Shown here piece by piece: positions 31,901 to 45,071 of a stretch of 64,000 bases of DNA. Source of the DNA: Salpingoeca rosetta (lineage: Eukaryota > Protista > Choanoflagellata); assembly GCA_033442325.1 (NCBI GenBank), contig JAWQFM010000018.1, forward strand, positions 272,195-336,194. Direction: 5' to 3'. The notes under the pieces were generated by a model. The model saw only the letters and a list, made by a program, of their open reading frames with translations. It had not been told where the DNA came from and searched no databases. How positions within the stretch are numbered: the stretch's first letter is position 1; each line of letters starts with the position of its first letter. The position numbers and the translations under genes are program-made.

Positions 31901-33071
31901 TGCTGTCTGTTTCGTTTCCGGTTCCGCAGCGGGTCTCCTGTACGAAAGGCTTCTGCGGCTTCTGCGGCTTCTGCGGCTTCTTGCATGCTGGCTCGAAGCG
32001 TTTGTTCTTGTCGCAAAGATGGCCGGCCTGACGACACATGTGCTGCCGTGTGGCAGGTTCAAGGAGGAGGAGGAGAAGCAGGCGAACCGTCTGAGTTAAA
32101 CCTTCTTTGCACACGCTGTGGTTCCCTTCTACTACACATGAATGTGCAGCTCGCTGTTCAGGGGCTGGCTGCAGCAAGTGCTGTTTTGGCTGAAGGAGGG
32201 AGTTGCTGTGCCGAAAGTCGCTGCCCTCGTGCTTTGAGGTCACCGGCCGCGGCTTGGCTTGGCTTTGCCGAGGGCGACGGTGACAAGTGTGGTCATGGTA
32301 GCGCCTTCCCTTCCTAGGGGTTTGGCCATTCCCATGTTGTTCATGTTTGGGTTGCTGATACCCAGCAGAAGGGTTGTGCGCCAGGAACCACACGAGAGCC
32401 AAGCCCAAAGCTATCATGTGCGTCAAGTGCGGCACCGCGTTTACACCCGTACGTTTGACAAAGATGCTCGTGCCAGCTTGATTGTGTCGCAACAAACGCC
32501 ATGACATGGCCCATGCCGTACGGGATTGGATTCTCCGCCATCGATTCAGCGCAAGCAAGTACATTACCCACGCCATGCGTTGACAAATCCACAATACGGA
32601 GAAGGTGATCATTCTCGCCGCCATTATGGCGACTGATGTAGGACTCAGCCAAGAATGCCGTTCGAGTTCGAGCAAAGGTAGATTGAGATACCAAGGGTTG
32701 GTTTCAAAGCCAAGTGCAGGTGCACTGTCCCCACCCTGGTTCAACGTAAGCCCAAGAATTGCCGTTTGGTAGTCAATCCCAGAACGTGAAGCACGCGAAT
32801 TCACCGGTGAGTTCCTGCGTGCCTCCAAAAACTTCGAGCAAACGCCTGCAACTGGCTGACATGATCGTGGGGTAGGAGAAGATTGCTGGGCGCGGCTGAG
32901 TGATCCCACGCACACGCAGCCCCCATCAGCACCAGGACCAAGAAGACATACGAAAGTGACAACGGGCCTCTGGGCATTGGGGCTGCCAGGATTCTTTTTG
33001 GTGCCTTTCAAAATGCCGCTGTCCAGTAGTGCCTCACGGCGGGCGGCGTTTTGGGTTCCAGCAGGGAGCAT
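28935..33071 (-). CDS. Intronless ~1400-aa low-complexity protein with a bZIP-basic-like segment near the C-terminus
   Basis: 4.2-kb open frame; Q/T/S/P-rich; RTRMNNRKNKRHQRQRER. First in-frame ATG is at 33071; the real start may be further downstream. Confidence 0.55.
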   Translation of the reverse strand: MLPAGTQNAARREALLDSGILKGTKKNPGSPNAQRPVVTFVCLLGPGADGGCVCVGSLSRAQQSSPTPRSCQPVAGVCSKFLEARRNSPVNSRASRSGIDYQTAILGLTLNQGGDSAPALGFETNPWYLNLPLLELERHSWLSPTSVAIMAARMITFSVLWICQRMAWVMYLLALNRWRRIQSRTAWAMSWRLLRHNQAGTSIFVKRTGVNAVPHLTHMIALGLALVWFLAHNPSAGYQQPKHEQHGNGQTPRKGRRYHDHTCHRRPRQSQAKPRPVTSKHEGSDFRHSNSLLQPKQHLLQPAPEQRAAHSCVVEGNHSVCKEGLTQTVRLLLLLLLEPATRQHMCRQAGHLCDKNKRFEPACKKPQKPQKPQKPFVQETRCGTGNETDSTANRTAKNKATSSSNGISCTKKKKNNTHDTWPGFADIKHGCCAGLMNEPTFAEQTPTVKDAVKAAKAHTLVAVEAVELPAGKWSLHQEACCIDWYENISSSKSACVEDCRGVAGCVDDVQSEFAHQRAHSQHAGEDRGHTKTTVNVVDKNRGHLEERSHYRGDGVSSSHLLRAARTVLQSQSCMLLTHQEEEDKDNPLEAVTVVGVADAQDAGVGGISPEPDCEDDTPHSHRRQPTQQQEQGSEAYQPLFTGPSPQHMSLSTVLWPQFNALSTVYREASTRFTRTLQRSKQSLTSCWEDTILFVSSSLKLTGDKNRDKNSTTESTALASNGCAKLGGLSSLVRELVSTWTVPSMPVVSVAPVLPHTQHFQAEVDVQQDLQQDLQQRQSIQHRQQYRGHEHRRKISDSGFWEDWPDEVGVDDLHNHRQPQQHQQPHQHQPQYPFTSFNDTTDYLQPLITIDSLYNTTDTAGSGVATPPVEPATNAAAQTASIMGQSPPPPRELPAPAQRTESNALSAAAMHGTGTQPYDDFSGQLDWPACDDIQSFLFDSGTMCKQPDYNNSDARAQLFGPVSQPETIAPPSATTFTSTSVMPEPMPTNASALIQTPAPSRRATTTTLASAPIACATTTSSHLPIQLCQVRSETPRATATTTSAPAQFQQQPPLDGVSPAASRVANPDWAHPQPPRSTYSSARCVRDSTATNLPFTSSSASSRFPTTSFSFSSSASTTQGPTSLTTGSSTLDSTAWRPLLRTSSSSSSSSSSSASWPSNEHGGLQQRQHKRRRTRHCRAFPPPPRVYEEYGAYMAAFMAASPRDKEKMLRDRRLTTDRYAQLRYWAKRVDPTHHAVLGAYRTRMNNRKNKRHQRQRERAASTAKSRSRNPMPNLALKELAATIQGGGVGWSSGPSMFPVARSPQASPFFEPWQAQTASSFFGFANTPGTRTGRSQSSRPNPLDQELPPCDPQWLPPRSRFPQEQQEAEEFAMAFDVPMM

Positions 33072-34905
33072 GTCCTGATGTTGGCGTTTTGTAACTTGGA
33101 AATGGCGGGGCACGTACGCCTGTTGGAACTGCGGCAAGCGCTGCTGCGATGAAATGCATTACCAGTCCAAGCAGCCAAGCAAGAGCCAGCGAAGGAGAGA
33201 GGGGAGAGAGACTGCTTACTGAGGGTTACGGATGCGTCAGGCCCAGCCGTAATCGATTGTAGCAATGAGGTCACCACGCAACGTGTTACGCTTGCAGTGC
33301 GTCCAGGACGAGGCGTGATTACCTGGAGTGTGGTCGCGGTCGTTTTGGTTGGGAAGCGTGCAACTTCAGTGTGAGGGGAAGAGAGGGAGAGAGTCGCGCA
33401 GAGAAGCTGATCGTCTGGTCCGGTGCCTGCTTGTTGTAAACGTGTGGGTGTGTGCGAGTCTTGCGCACAGGCTCTGATGAAGCGCACAAACAGCAGTGCG
33501 AGAGTGAAACGACGACGAAAGGACGAAGGAGTGTGTGCACTTGGGGAGGTTGATGTCGATAGGTCGATGGACGATGAGGAGGTTGTGGTGTAAATGAACT
33601 CCCGCAAATGGAAATGTAAACAACACAACAATACCCAGTCCATGCTTTTCTCACAAGTAGAAGCTTGCTCGGAAGCTTGTCCTATCACGTGAGCATGAGT
33701 AAGTCTGGGGTGATGTGCTTCACAGCAGGCTTCAGACTTATCAGCGCGCGCGCGCCAACTCACGGCATGGGCATGTGCGGCGCATTCCCAACACGACGAC
33801 AGTGTCGCGTGTGAAAGAATGAACGACGTGGAAACTGTGATGAAAAAGTGACATGATGACACACCATTTTGCATGACTTGTGACACACCAAAAAAAATCT
33901 TACGCAAGTAAGTGTCTTCATCTCTTCTTCCATTGCCTTCCATCGAACTATCGAGGCGCTGCCCGCCCTTCGAACCTTCTTCTCTTCTTGTGAGTTTGAG
34001 CCAAGCAAGGGGGTGCGTTTCGTCGTCAGTGGAGTGAGGTAATGTCACCCAGAGCAGTGTAGATGGTTATGGAAAGAGAAAGCCCAGAAGTAGAGAGGCA
34101 GAGGTAACCACATGCGATAGTGCGATCTGCGCAGGCAATATCCCTTGCGCTTGCATATTGCGTTTTGTTGCCGCACACTTTCTGAGCTGTTGCACTTCAT
34201 GCTTTCATGTGAGCAATCTATCAGACAGAACAGAGCTCGCTTCCCTCCAGCCGAGTTAGAGACATCGCAGACCTCCAATCACGTTCCCACCCTCCACATG
34301 TGGCGGGCTTTCTTCGACTGGCGCTGGTGTTGGTTGATGAGACGAGATGACGAGATGACGCGATGAGACGGGCTTAAGGGCTCAACTCTCTCGCTCGCTT
34401 TTCCGCAACGTGGCACGTTGTGCCCATTGTGTGCTGTTGCACGGCAAGTTTGTGATCAGTGACAGAAGATGTGCAATACACTGCAAGCGCTGACCGCGTC
34501 ATCACATGATCCGCGATGAATGTACATACACACAAACAGCGTATGTACACACATGGCACACCTCATTGCACAGCTACACCATTGTTGACCAAGCCAGCAC
34601 GTGTTGCCGTGATTTACACATGTGGTGGTGTTTCACACGTGCGCACAGATGATGTCAAAACCAGCTGCTGCTGTGTTTGTGATGCCAGCCGACTACATGT
34701 GCATGTCAAATCAAAGACCAATCCAACCCAAAAAGGCACAACCGCACACCGAGCCACATCAGTCGGCAGCAAGCCAGTAAAGCAAGCAAGCAAGCAAGCA
34801 GCAGCGCGAACCACCACCACTGCCGCTCCCCTCAGATGGGGGTGTCCATTACAAAGTGCAAATACATAGTTGATCCCAAGTCACGACAATTGGCGCCAAT
34901 CTTGA

Positions 34906-35365
34906 TCATGCTGGCGCTTCCCCGTTCTCGGCTTGCTGCATGGCCTCCTGTTCGCGTTGAAGCTTGATAAAGTCGAAGGTGGATAATCTCTTGAACACTG
35001 CAGCGGCGGCATGGTGATATGGAGGTTTGGGGGGGGGGGGGAGGGGGTGAGGGGTGGAAGAGGGTCATTGGGGCAGTGAAAGGGGGGTGGGGGTGGAAAC
35101 GACTTGCAGGTAGTGCAATTTGCACCGATAACGCACGACTTCACAACAGCAACAAGAAGAAGAACAAGAAGAAGAAGAACAACAACAACAGTTCTCACCG
35201 AGCATAATGTGGAAGACGAGGAGTTGTGTCAAGGAAGCGGCAGCCAGTAGCGCCAAGATGAGGGTGATGCTCAGCAACCCCGTCGCTGTTGCTCGCGACA
35301 CATCCCGCCCGCAGAACACGGCTGGTGCTGTAGCAGCATGGCGAATATATGCGAGCACATAAACG

Positions 35366-35419
<54 letters not shown>

Positions 35420-36929
35420 TGTCTTTTGGGATTGCACGCGGATGCTGATAGTGAGTGAGGACGGCAGTTGCTGGTGAAGTACACGATCTGACAAGCACAA
35501 CACTAGCAACACCAGCAATCATAGCAGCTACAACAGCAGCCACAAACTGCACTGACAGCAGAACACCGTGCAACAAACAGTAGCCATGGTAGTAGCAGCA
35601 ACTTGCAACCAACCAACCAACCAGCCAACCAACAACCAAACAAAGCAAACTCGCACAGCCAGTGCAACGCACCACCGCTCAACGTGTGTTGTTGCTGATA
35701 GAGGGTGACGAGAAGATAGAGGCAGCAGATGGCCTCCCCAAACGCAGCCAGCGACCCGCTCAGCACACACAAGAAGAAGAGCCTTTTGTCAATGTCGTGG
35801 TGGGTGTTGGTTGTTGGTTGTGGCCGTGTGTGGTGCACTGCATGTGAGCGAGAGAGAAAGCCAGCAGTGCATGACAAGCACACGACGCACATGATGCATG
35901 TGGATTTGCACGTATGCATACCAAGCATGCAAACGCACACACCCACACGCACGCACCCACGTACACACCCACACACACGCACACCAACACCCACACCCAC
36001 CCCCCCATCCACACCCACACGCACGCACGCATACACGCACGCACGCATACACATACATGTACCCCTCTCCCTTTGCCTTCTTGATCATGAACTTACTTGT
36101 AAGTCCGTCCCCCAACGCAGTTGTTCATCCATCGGCAGTGATGGTCAAAGTCAGACACGCACTTGTTGCAGGCGCTACAGTGCTTGGCGCGCGAGCTCAC
36201 ATACACCCGGCAAAAGTAGCAGTGGCTGTCCATGATGACGTGCTTCCGCTTGGACCGGTCGATGGTCAGCGGGCGCACTGTGTCGTAGCGCACATTCCTG
36301 TCTGCCGGGTCCATGGTTGTGCAGACGAATAGCAGCACAATCAACACCACAAACAGGCCGCCCACAGTCAAGTATGGCGTGGCCTGCCACCTCTCCGGGA
36401 ACGTCGGCGCCACCAGCCCAAAGTGGAGCAACAGCATCACGCCCACAATCACCCAGGCCATCACCTGCTGCCAGTTCAAGGGCAGGGTCCAGCCTGTGCG
36501 TCGCACAAACGCCCCGTCCGCATCCACGGCCTTTTTCTTCTGTTTCATCTTCTCCTTCCACTGCTTCCGTTGCAATGCCATGGATGTCGCTGCTCCCCGA
36601 TCGACTCTGTCGTGCTTGTCGTTCCCACCGCTGGCGTTGTCATGTGCGCGGTCCTCGCCGGCGCTGTCGCGGTGCCTCCTCTTGTGTCGCCTCAAGCAGC
36701 AGCACATGCAGTCTGTCTCTGCCGCGTCCTCTTCCACCTCTTCGTCATCATCCACATCGCCCTCGTCATGTTCTCGCTGCGGGGGTCTTCGCGCCTTTTT
36801 CTTTGTCCATATCGCAAACTTGTTCTTGTCGCGGTTGCCACTGCCATTCTCGCACTCATTGTGTCCGTTGTCTGTGTCGTTGGCGGTGGTGTGTACTCCA
36901 TTCCCCTGATGCCCTTCACCACCATCCAT
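34906..36929 (-). CDS. DHHC palmitoyltransferase (ZDHHC1/11-like)
   Basis: [57 protein letters not shown] exons, FHIML|[11 protein letters not shown]...EAPA*. Confidence 0.92.
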
Positions 36930-36945
36930 CCTCCGTTCGAGCGAG

Positions 36946-36987
<42 letters not shown>

Positions 36988-36996
36988 GTGTGTGTG

Positions 36997-37044
<48 letters not shown>

Positions 37045-37277
37045 CGTCGTTGCCAAAGAGAGCACAACGGTTCACAAATGACCATGTTTGCCAATTGCAA
37101 ACAGGCAAACTTGCAATTTGCAACGAGGGCCAGTCAACCCCACCAATCCGCCGCACACGTGGTCGCGTCTCGTGCACCACTCTCCCACTCTCCCACCACC
37201 ACCTCCTCATTCAACCTCCTCCTCCTCCTCCTCATTCAACCCCTTTGCCCCACCACATCCTTCAGTCACATTCAACG

Positions 37278-38858
37278 ATGCCACCGAGGAAGCGCAACGG
37301 CAGCGCAAAGAAGCGCACCAGCAAGAAGGCAAAACAACAACAGCAGCAACAACAACACCAACAACGAGAGGACGACAGCAACAACAGCAGTAATGTGACG
37401 GCAGTGACGACGAAGGAGCAGCCATCGGATGCAGCGACGGCGGAACAAGCCACAGTGACGACGACAGTGGATGACACAAGCAAGGAGCAACAACAACAGC
37501 AACAGCAGCAACAGACACAGCAGCAACAGAAGAAGAAGAAGAAGAAGCAGAAGCTCAACAAGAAACAGAAGAAGAAGCTCCAGCAGGAACAGCAAGAGCA
37601 AGAGCGGGATCGGGAAGCGCTCAAGCAAGCTGCAAACGCGCAGATTGACTGCACCGTGTACTTGCTGCGCCATGCAGAGCGGGCAGAGAACATGGAGGAG
37701 CATGAGACGTGGCTCAAGAGCGGCCGCGTGTATGACCCTCCCATCACAGAACGCGGGCGCCAGCAGGCGCTGACGGCGTCAGCGCACCTGCAGCAGCGCC
37801 ACGCAGAGCAGCCCTTTGCCTGCATCTACTCCAGCCCGCTGATGCGTTGCATGCAGACGGCCGTAATTGTGGCGGACCACCTTGGCATTCCCATCCGTAT
37901 CGTGCAGGGCCTCGCGGCGTGCACGCGTGCGCTGCGCAACAAGGACATCACCACCGTCCCCGTCGCATCCATGGACGAGCTGCGTGAGACGTGTGGTGCC
38001 ATGCTGGCCGCCATCAAGAGCGACAGCAACAACAACAACAACACGAGCGGCAGCGAGGCGGCAGCGCTGCCGGCCATGGAGCGGGTGGAGGACTCAGACG
38101 CCACGACGGCGTTTGAGGCCGTGCTTGACTGCATCACCATGAGCATGGGCAAGGACGTGCTCTTCTGCGGACACCGCGAGGTTGTGCGGGAGCTGCTGGA
38201 GGACGAGGATGCGCCCGTGCCCAAGGCATCGCGCAAGCAGATTGCGTTTGCCAGCGTGGCGGCGTTTGCGTTTAGCGAGGACACGTGCACGTTTGACTTT
38301 GCGGGCATCGACAACACGTACGTGTCTGACGAGACCAAGGAGGAGAAGCGACGCAAGAGGCGGGAGAAGAAGAGGAAGAGCCGCAAGAAGAAGCAGGACA
38401 AGAAGAAGGCGCGGGCAGCAAAGCGCGCAGCCAAGCTGGCCGCCAAGCAGCAAGCAAAGGCAGCCCAGGGCGGTGATGCTGATGGTGGCGCTGGGGATGA
38501 CGAGGCGAAGGAGGATGTGGTGCAGGAAGATGGCGAGGCGAACCCAGCCAAGAAGGCCAAGAAAACAACAGCAGCAAATGGTGATGGTGATGATGATGGT
38601 GCTGATGATGATGATGATGGTGATACAAAGGAGAAAGGTGGGCAAGAGGCACGCGAAGGCGATGATGACGAGGAGGAGGAGGAGGAGGAGGAGCAAGGTG
38701 ATGAGGAGGATGAAGAGGGCATGGATGATGATGAGGAGGATGATGAAGAGGGCATGGATGATGAGGAGGATGATGAGTTTGATGATGATCCTGACAACTG
38801 GTCTGAGTTGGATGAGAGTGAGCTCACTGCTCTGCAGAACGGAGGCGATGGGGAGTGA
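37278..38858 (+). CDS. Histidine phosphatase superfamily (branch 1) protein with Lys-rich flanks and an acidic tail
   Basis: [40 protein letters not shown]; intronless. Confidence 0.88.
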   Translation: MPPRKRNGSAKKRTSKKAKQQQQQQQHQQREDDSNNSSNVTAVTTKEQPSDAATAEQATVTTTVDDTSKEQQQQQQQQQTQQQQKKKKKKQKLNKKQKKKLQQEQQEQERDREALKQAANAQIDCTVYLLRHAERAENMEEHETWLKSGRVYDPPITERGRQQALTASAHLQQRHAEQPFACIYSSPLMRCMQTAVIVADHLGIPIRIVQGLAACTRALRNKDITTVPVASMDELRETCGAMLAAIKSDSNNNNNTSGSEAAALPAMERVEDSDATTAFEAVLDCITMSMGKDVLFCGHREVVRELLEDEDAPVPKASRKQIAFASVAAFAFSEDTCTFDFAGIDNTYVSDETKEEKRRKRREKKRKSRKKKQDKKKARAAKRAAKLAAKQQAKAAQGGDADGGAGDDEAKEDVVQEDGEANPAKKAKKTTAANGDGDDDGADDDDDGDTKEKGGQEAREGDDDEEEEEEEEQGDEEDEEGMDDDEEDDEEGMDDEEDDEFDDDPDNWSELDESELTALQNGGDGE

Positions 38859-39171
38859 ATGGCAAGCGCAGGATGCATGCGCTGATGTTGCGTGTTTCAG
38901 TTTTCTCGTTGTCTGACGAGTGCGTGATGCAGTTGTTTATTTGTGTGTGTGTGTGTGTGTGTGTGTTTAGGTCAGCTGAAAGCACTTGTAAACACACGCA
39001 CGGGGTCAAGGCGGAGCAAAACGATGTGGGAGAGAGCTGAGTGGGTGGATGGTGAGCCTTCTTGTTGTTCTTGTGTCTCACATAACGTAATCAAGTTTTT
39101 GCGATCTCGCCAGCCTGCGTTCTTTTTATTTTGTGATTTGAACAACAAAACACCACGAACAAAAGGCCGTG

Positions 39172-40398
39172 ATGAGACCAGGGTGCGTGCAGGCACTAGT
39201 ATTGTTGTTGGTGGTGTTGGCCATGATGCCGTTCATCAGCAGCGTTGGTGGAGAGGTGACGCTGGAGGAGGACGATGCGGGTGCGTTCCACATCAACACG
39301 AGCGATCCAACGAGCCAGCCCGTGTTTGTGAATGGGATCAATGTGCACGAGACGCTCATTACGCTGATGAGTACCTTGTCCGTGCAGCAGAGCACGATCG
39401 AGGCGCTGCGGCGCACAAGTACCGAGCTCTGCCAGCTGAAGAGGCGGGCGAGGGCGTTTGGCCAGCTGGGCTCGCAGAACGCAAAGTGGCTTGGTGGCGC
39501 GCTGGCGGACAACGGCCGGATCTACGCTGCGCCGTTTAACTCCCCTTTTGTCCTCATCATCGACCCGAGCACAAACACTGCCGACATGACCTCGATCGCA
39601 GAGCTCGGAACAGACTTGGCCAAATGGGCCGGTGCTGTATCGGCACCAAACGGCCTCGTCTACATGTTCCCTTCAGATAGAGAGACGATGCTCGTCATCG
39701 ACCCGAGCACCAACGCCGTTGACACCACCAGCATTGGCTCGCTCGGCTCCGACAGGTACAAGTGGTACGGTGGCGTGGTGACAAGTGAGGGCGTCATCTT
39801 CGGCATCCCCTACTACGCAACGGCTGTGCTGATCATTGATTCCGAAACCAACACAGCCGACCTCACCTCGCTGTCCGGGCTGTCGAACCAAAACGACAAG
39901 TGGTATAGCGGCGTGCAAGCAGACAGCGGGCTCATCTATTGCGTCCCTTTAACGGCTCCTTCTGTCCTCATCATCAACCCTGCGTCCCTGACGATGGACT
40001 TCACGAGCATCAGTGGCCTTGGCATGAACAGCAAGTGGTGGGGCGGCGTGCTTGCAGGCAATGGTCTCATCTACAGCATCCCAGGTGCTGCCGCGACGAC
40101 GCTCGTCATCAACCCGGCGACCAACGCCACGAATGAGCTTGCTGTTGCAGAACTGACATTTGATCACAAGTGGATTGGCGGCGTACTTGCGCCCAACGGC
40201 AACAACATCGTAGGCATCCCGTACACCTCGCCATCGGTCCTCATCTTTGATCCAGCCACCAATGCAACTGATACAACGAGCATCGCCAACCTTGACGCCA
40301 ATGCCGAGTGGTGGGATGGCGTTCTCGCTCCGAATGGCCTCATCTACGGCGTTCCACACTATGCAGAGTCTGTCCTCGTCATCGACCCAGGATGCTGA
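39172..40398 (+). CDS. Secreted protein: signal peptide, short coiled coil, seven ~46-aa beta-propeller-like repeats
   Basis: Seven copies of KWxGGVLAxNGxIYxxPxxxxxVLIIDP; intronless. Confidence 0.85.
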   Translation: MRPGCVQALVLLLVVLAMMPFISSVGGEVTLEEDDAGAFHINTSDPTSQPVFVNGINVHETLITLMSTLSVQQSTIEALRRTSTELCQLKRRARAFGQLGSQNAKWLGGALADNGRIYAAPFNSPFVLIIDPSTNTADMTSIAELGTDLAKWAGAVSAPNGLVYMFPSDRETMLVIDPSTNAVDTTSIGSLGSDRYKWYGGVVTSEGVIFGIPYYATAVLIIDSETNTADLTSLSGLSNQNDKWYSGVQADSGLIYCVPLTAPSVLIINPASLTMDFTSISGLGMNSKWWGGVLAGNGLIYSIPGAAATTLVINPATNATNELAVAELTFDHKWIGGVLAPNGNNIVGIPYTSPSVLIFDPATNATDTTSIANLDANAEWWDGVLAPNGLIYGVPHYAESVLVIDPGC

Positions 40399-40887
40399 TG
40401 TGTTGTGTTGTGTGTGCTGTGCGTGTGTGCTGCATGTGTGTGTGTGTGTGCTGCATGTGTGTTTGGACTCAAGCTCTGCTGTACATCCTTTCTTGCTCGG
40501 TCTCCTTTCGGTGCAGTCGTGTCCTTTGTGACACAACTCTGTCGTTGCCCCTGCTTGGCCGCTGTTTGTGTGTGTGTGTGCGTGTGTGTGTGTCTGTTTG
40601 CTGTGTGTGTATGCGTCGTTGTCTGCGGGCGCACATCTCTCTCCCTCTCTCCCTCCCTCTTGCATGTTGGCACGCAGGGCCAATTCCTACTCCTACGGCC
40701 ACGTCATTTCTGCGGTTCCGTCATGCTAAGTTAGCTCGCAGTAGAAGGACGCCTTGCATTGTTTGAGGCAGGGCCAATACACCTGCAATCCCAGCAGCAC
40801 TGTTCTCTTCTCCTGTTCGTTTTCAGGTGTTCCTTCCACTTTGCCCTTTGGCGGCAGAGCGGGAGAGCGGGAGAGCGGGGAAACAAA

Positions 40888-40971
<84 letters not shown>

Positions 40972-40980
40972 ACACACACA

Positions 40981-41035
<55 letters not shown>

Positions 41036-41108
41036 GAACGCGCCATGAAGTTAGGAAGAATCGTGGCAGCGTTCACAAATTTCAGCGCACAACTGAACGA
41101 GTCGCAAC

Positions 41109-43398
<2,290 letters not shown>

Positions 43399-43883
43399 GC
43401 CCTTGCATCGCCAATCATGACATGTACACCACCCCCCTCATGGCTCCTTGTCCCTTATCGCTTTGTTCTTAATCCTCGACAGTAGTCAACCCTCCCACCC
43501 TCTCTCTGTACTTCAGCGACATGTGTTGTGTCGCCCTCACACCTCTTATCATTCACCACCAGCCACCACTGTAACTGACCCGTCTGCTTCCACACCCGCG
43601 CTGCGTGTTGTTGTTTCTTATCTGTGTGCCTGCAAGAGCGTTAGTTGGTTTGTTTGATGATGTGGTGTTGTTTGATTTTAATGTGTTGCTTTTGGTTTTG
43701 TGATGTTGTATCGCACCCAAGACGGGCGTTCTCGGCACTCTTAACTGGCAACGATCAATCAATCAATGAAGAAGAAAAATGGTCAACAACTCACTCATTG
43801 GGTGCTCTCTCTCTCTCTCTCTCGCTCGCTCAGAACTACATACATAAACCACCATGAATGGTGGAAAACAGCAGCGAGCATGC

Positions 43884-43946
<63 letters not shown>

Positions 43947-43962
43947 TTCTCATGTCACCACA

Positions 43963-44915
43963 TCAGATGTCCGTCTCTGCGTGCGGGGGCCGTGTTGACG
44001 ACTGCCGCGAGCGCGGTTTTGGTCGCGGCTTTGGTCGTGGGCGCGACGGTGCCGGGTCGCTCGGCGGAAGCATCGCGCTGCTGGTGCTGTGGAGATCGAG
44101 GGGGGGGGGAGATGAGAGCATGTGGTGTGAGTGTGAGTGTGAGGGAAAGTGTGTCCTGTATGAGGTGCAGACACACAGACGTGCAGACAGACAGACATGT
44201 GCAGACGCACACACACAGACACTCACACACAGACAGACAGACAGACACATACACACAGACACACAGGCACACACACACAGACACAGACATACACACACAA
44301 CTACATATGCACATCGCCCACCTTGCCGGTTGCGCGGTTGTGTTTGGCTGCAACTGGTACGTCATCTGATTCGCGGGCGTGTGTGAGCTCGCTGGCTGTG
44401 GAACATATGTTGGCCCACCATGCTGCTGCTGCTGTTGGCGCTGCATAGTGTCTTGTGGCAGTTGGTAGGTTGGCTGGTATGTCTGCTGGGATTGCTGCTG
44501 CGACAGCTGCGGCTGTGGGATGTACGTTGTTCCGCCACCCTGCTGGCGCCCAACATTGTCTTGCGGCAGCTGGTATGTGGGCTGGTACACCTGTTGTTGC
44601 TGTTGTTGCTGTTGTTGCGCCTGCTGCTGATGTACATTGTCCTGTGGTAGTTGATACGTGGGCTGGTATGTCTGCTGATGCTGATGCTGTGCTTGCTGCT
44701 GCTGTTGCTTCACATCATCCTGTGGCAGCTGGTATGTTGGCTGATACACCTGCTGCTGCTGCTGCTGCTGCTGCCCGTGTTGTGGTGGCTGCATTGCCAC
44801 CCCCGCCGCCGCCGCCGTTGCTGCTGTTGCCGTCTTCTCTCGTCGAGGAACGTCGTAGTCCATCCCAGACTCCGGCCGCTCATATGTGCGGCTGCGACCA
44901 GGCTCCTCTGAAAGG

Positions 44916-44970
<55 letters not shown>

Positions 44971-44995
44971 TGTGTGTGAAAGTGTGTGTGTGAGA

Positions 44996-45071
<76 letters not shown>

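Noticed and set aside
28935-34048. Transposon or endogenous virus
   Set aside because: No RT, integrase, transposase or capsid motifs and no terminal repeats seen.
36423-37277. N-terminal extension of the 811-aa ORF
   Set aside because: Antisense to the DHHC exon and runs through a GT repeat; the start is more likely ATG 37278.
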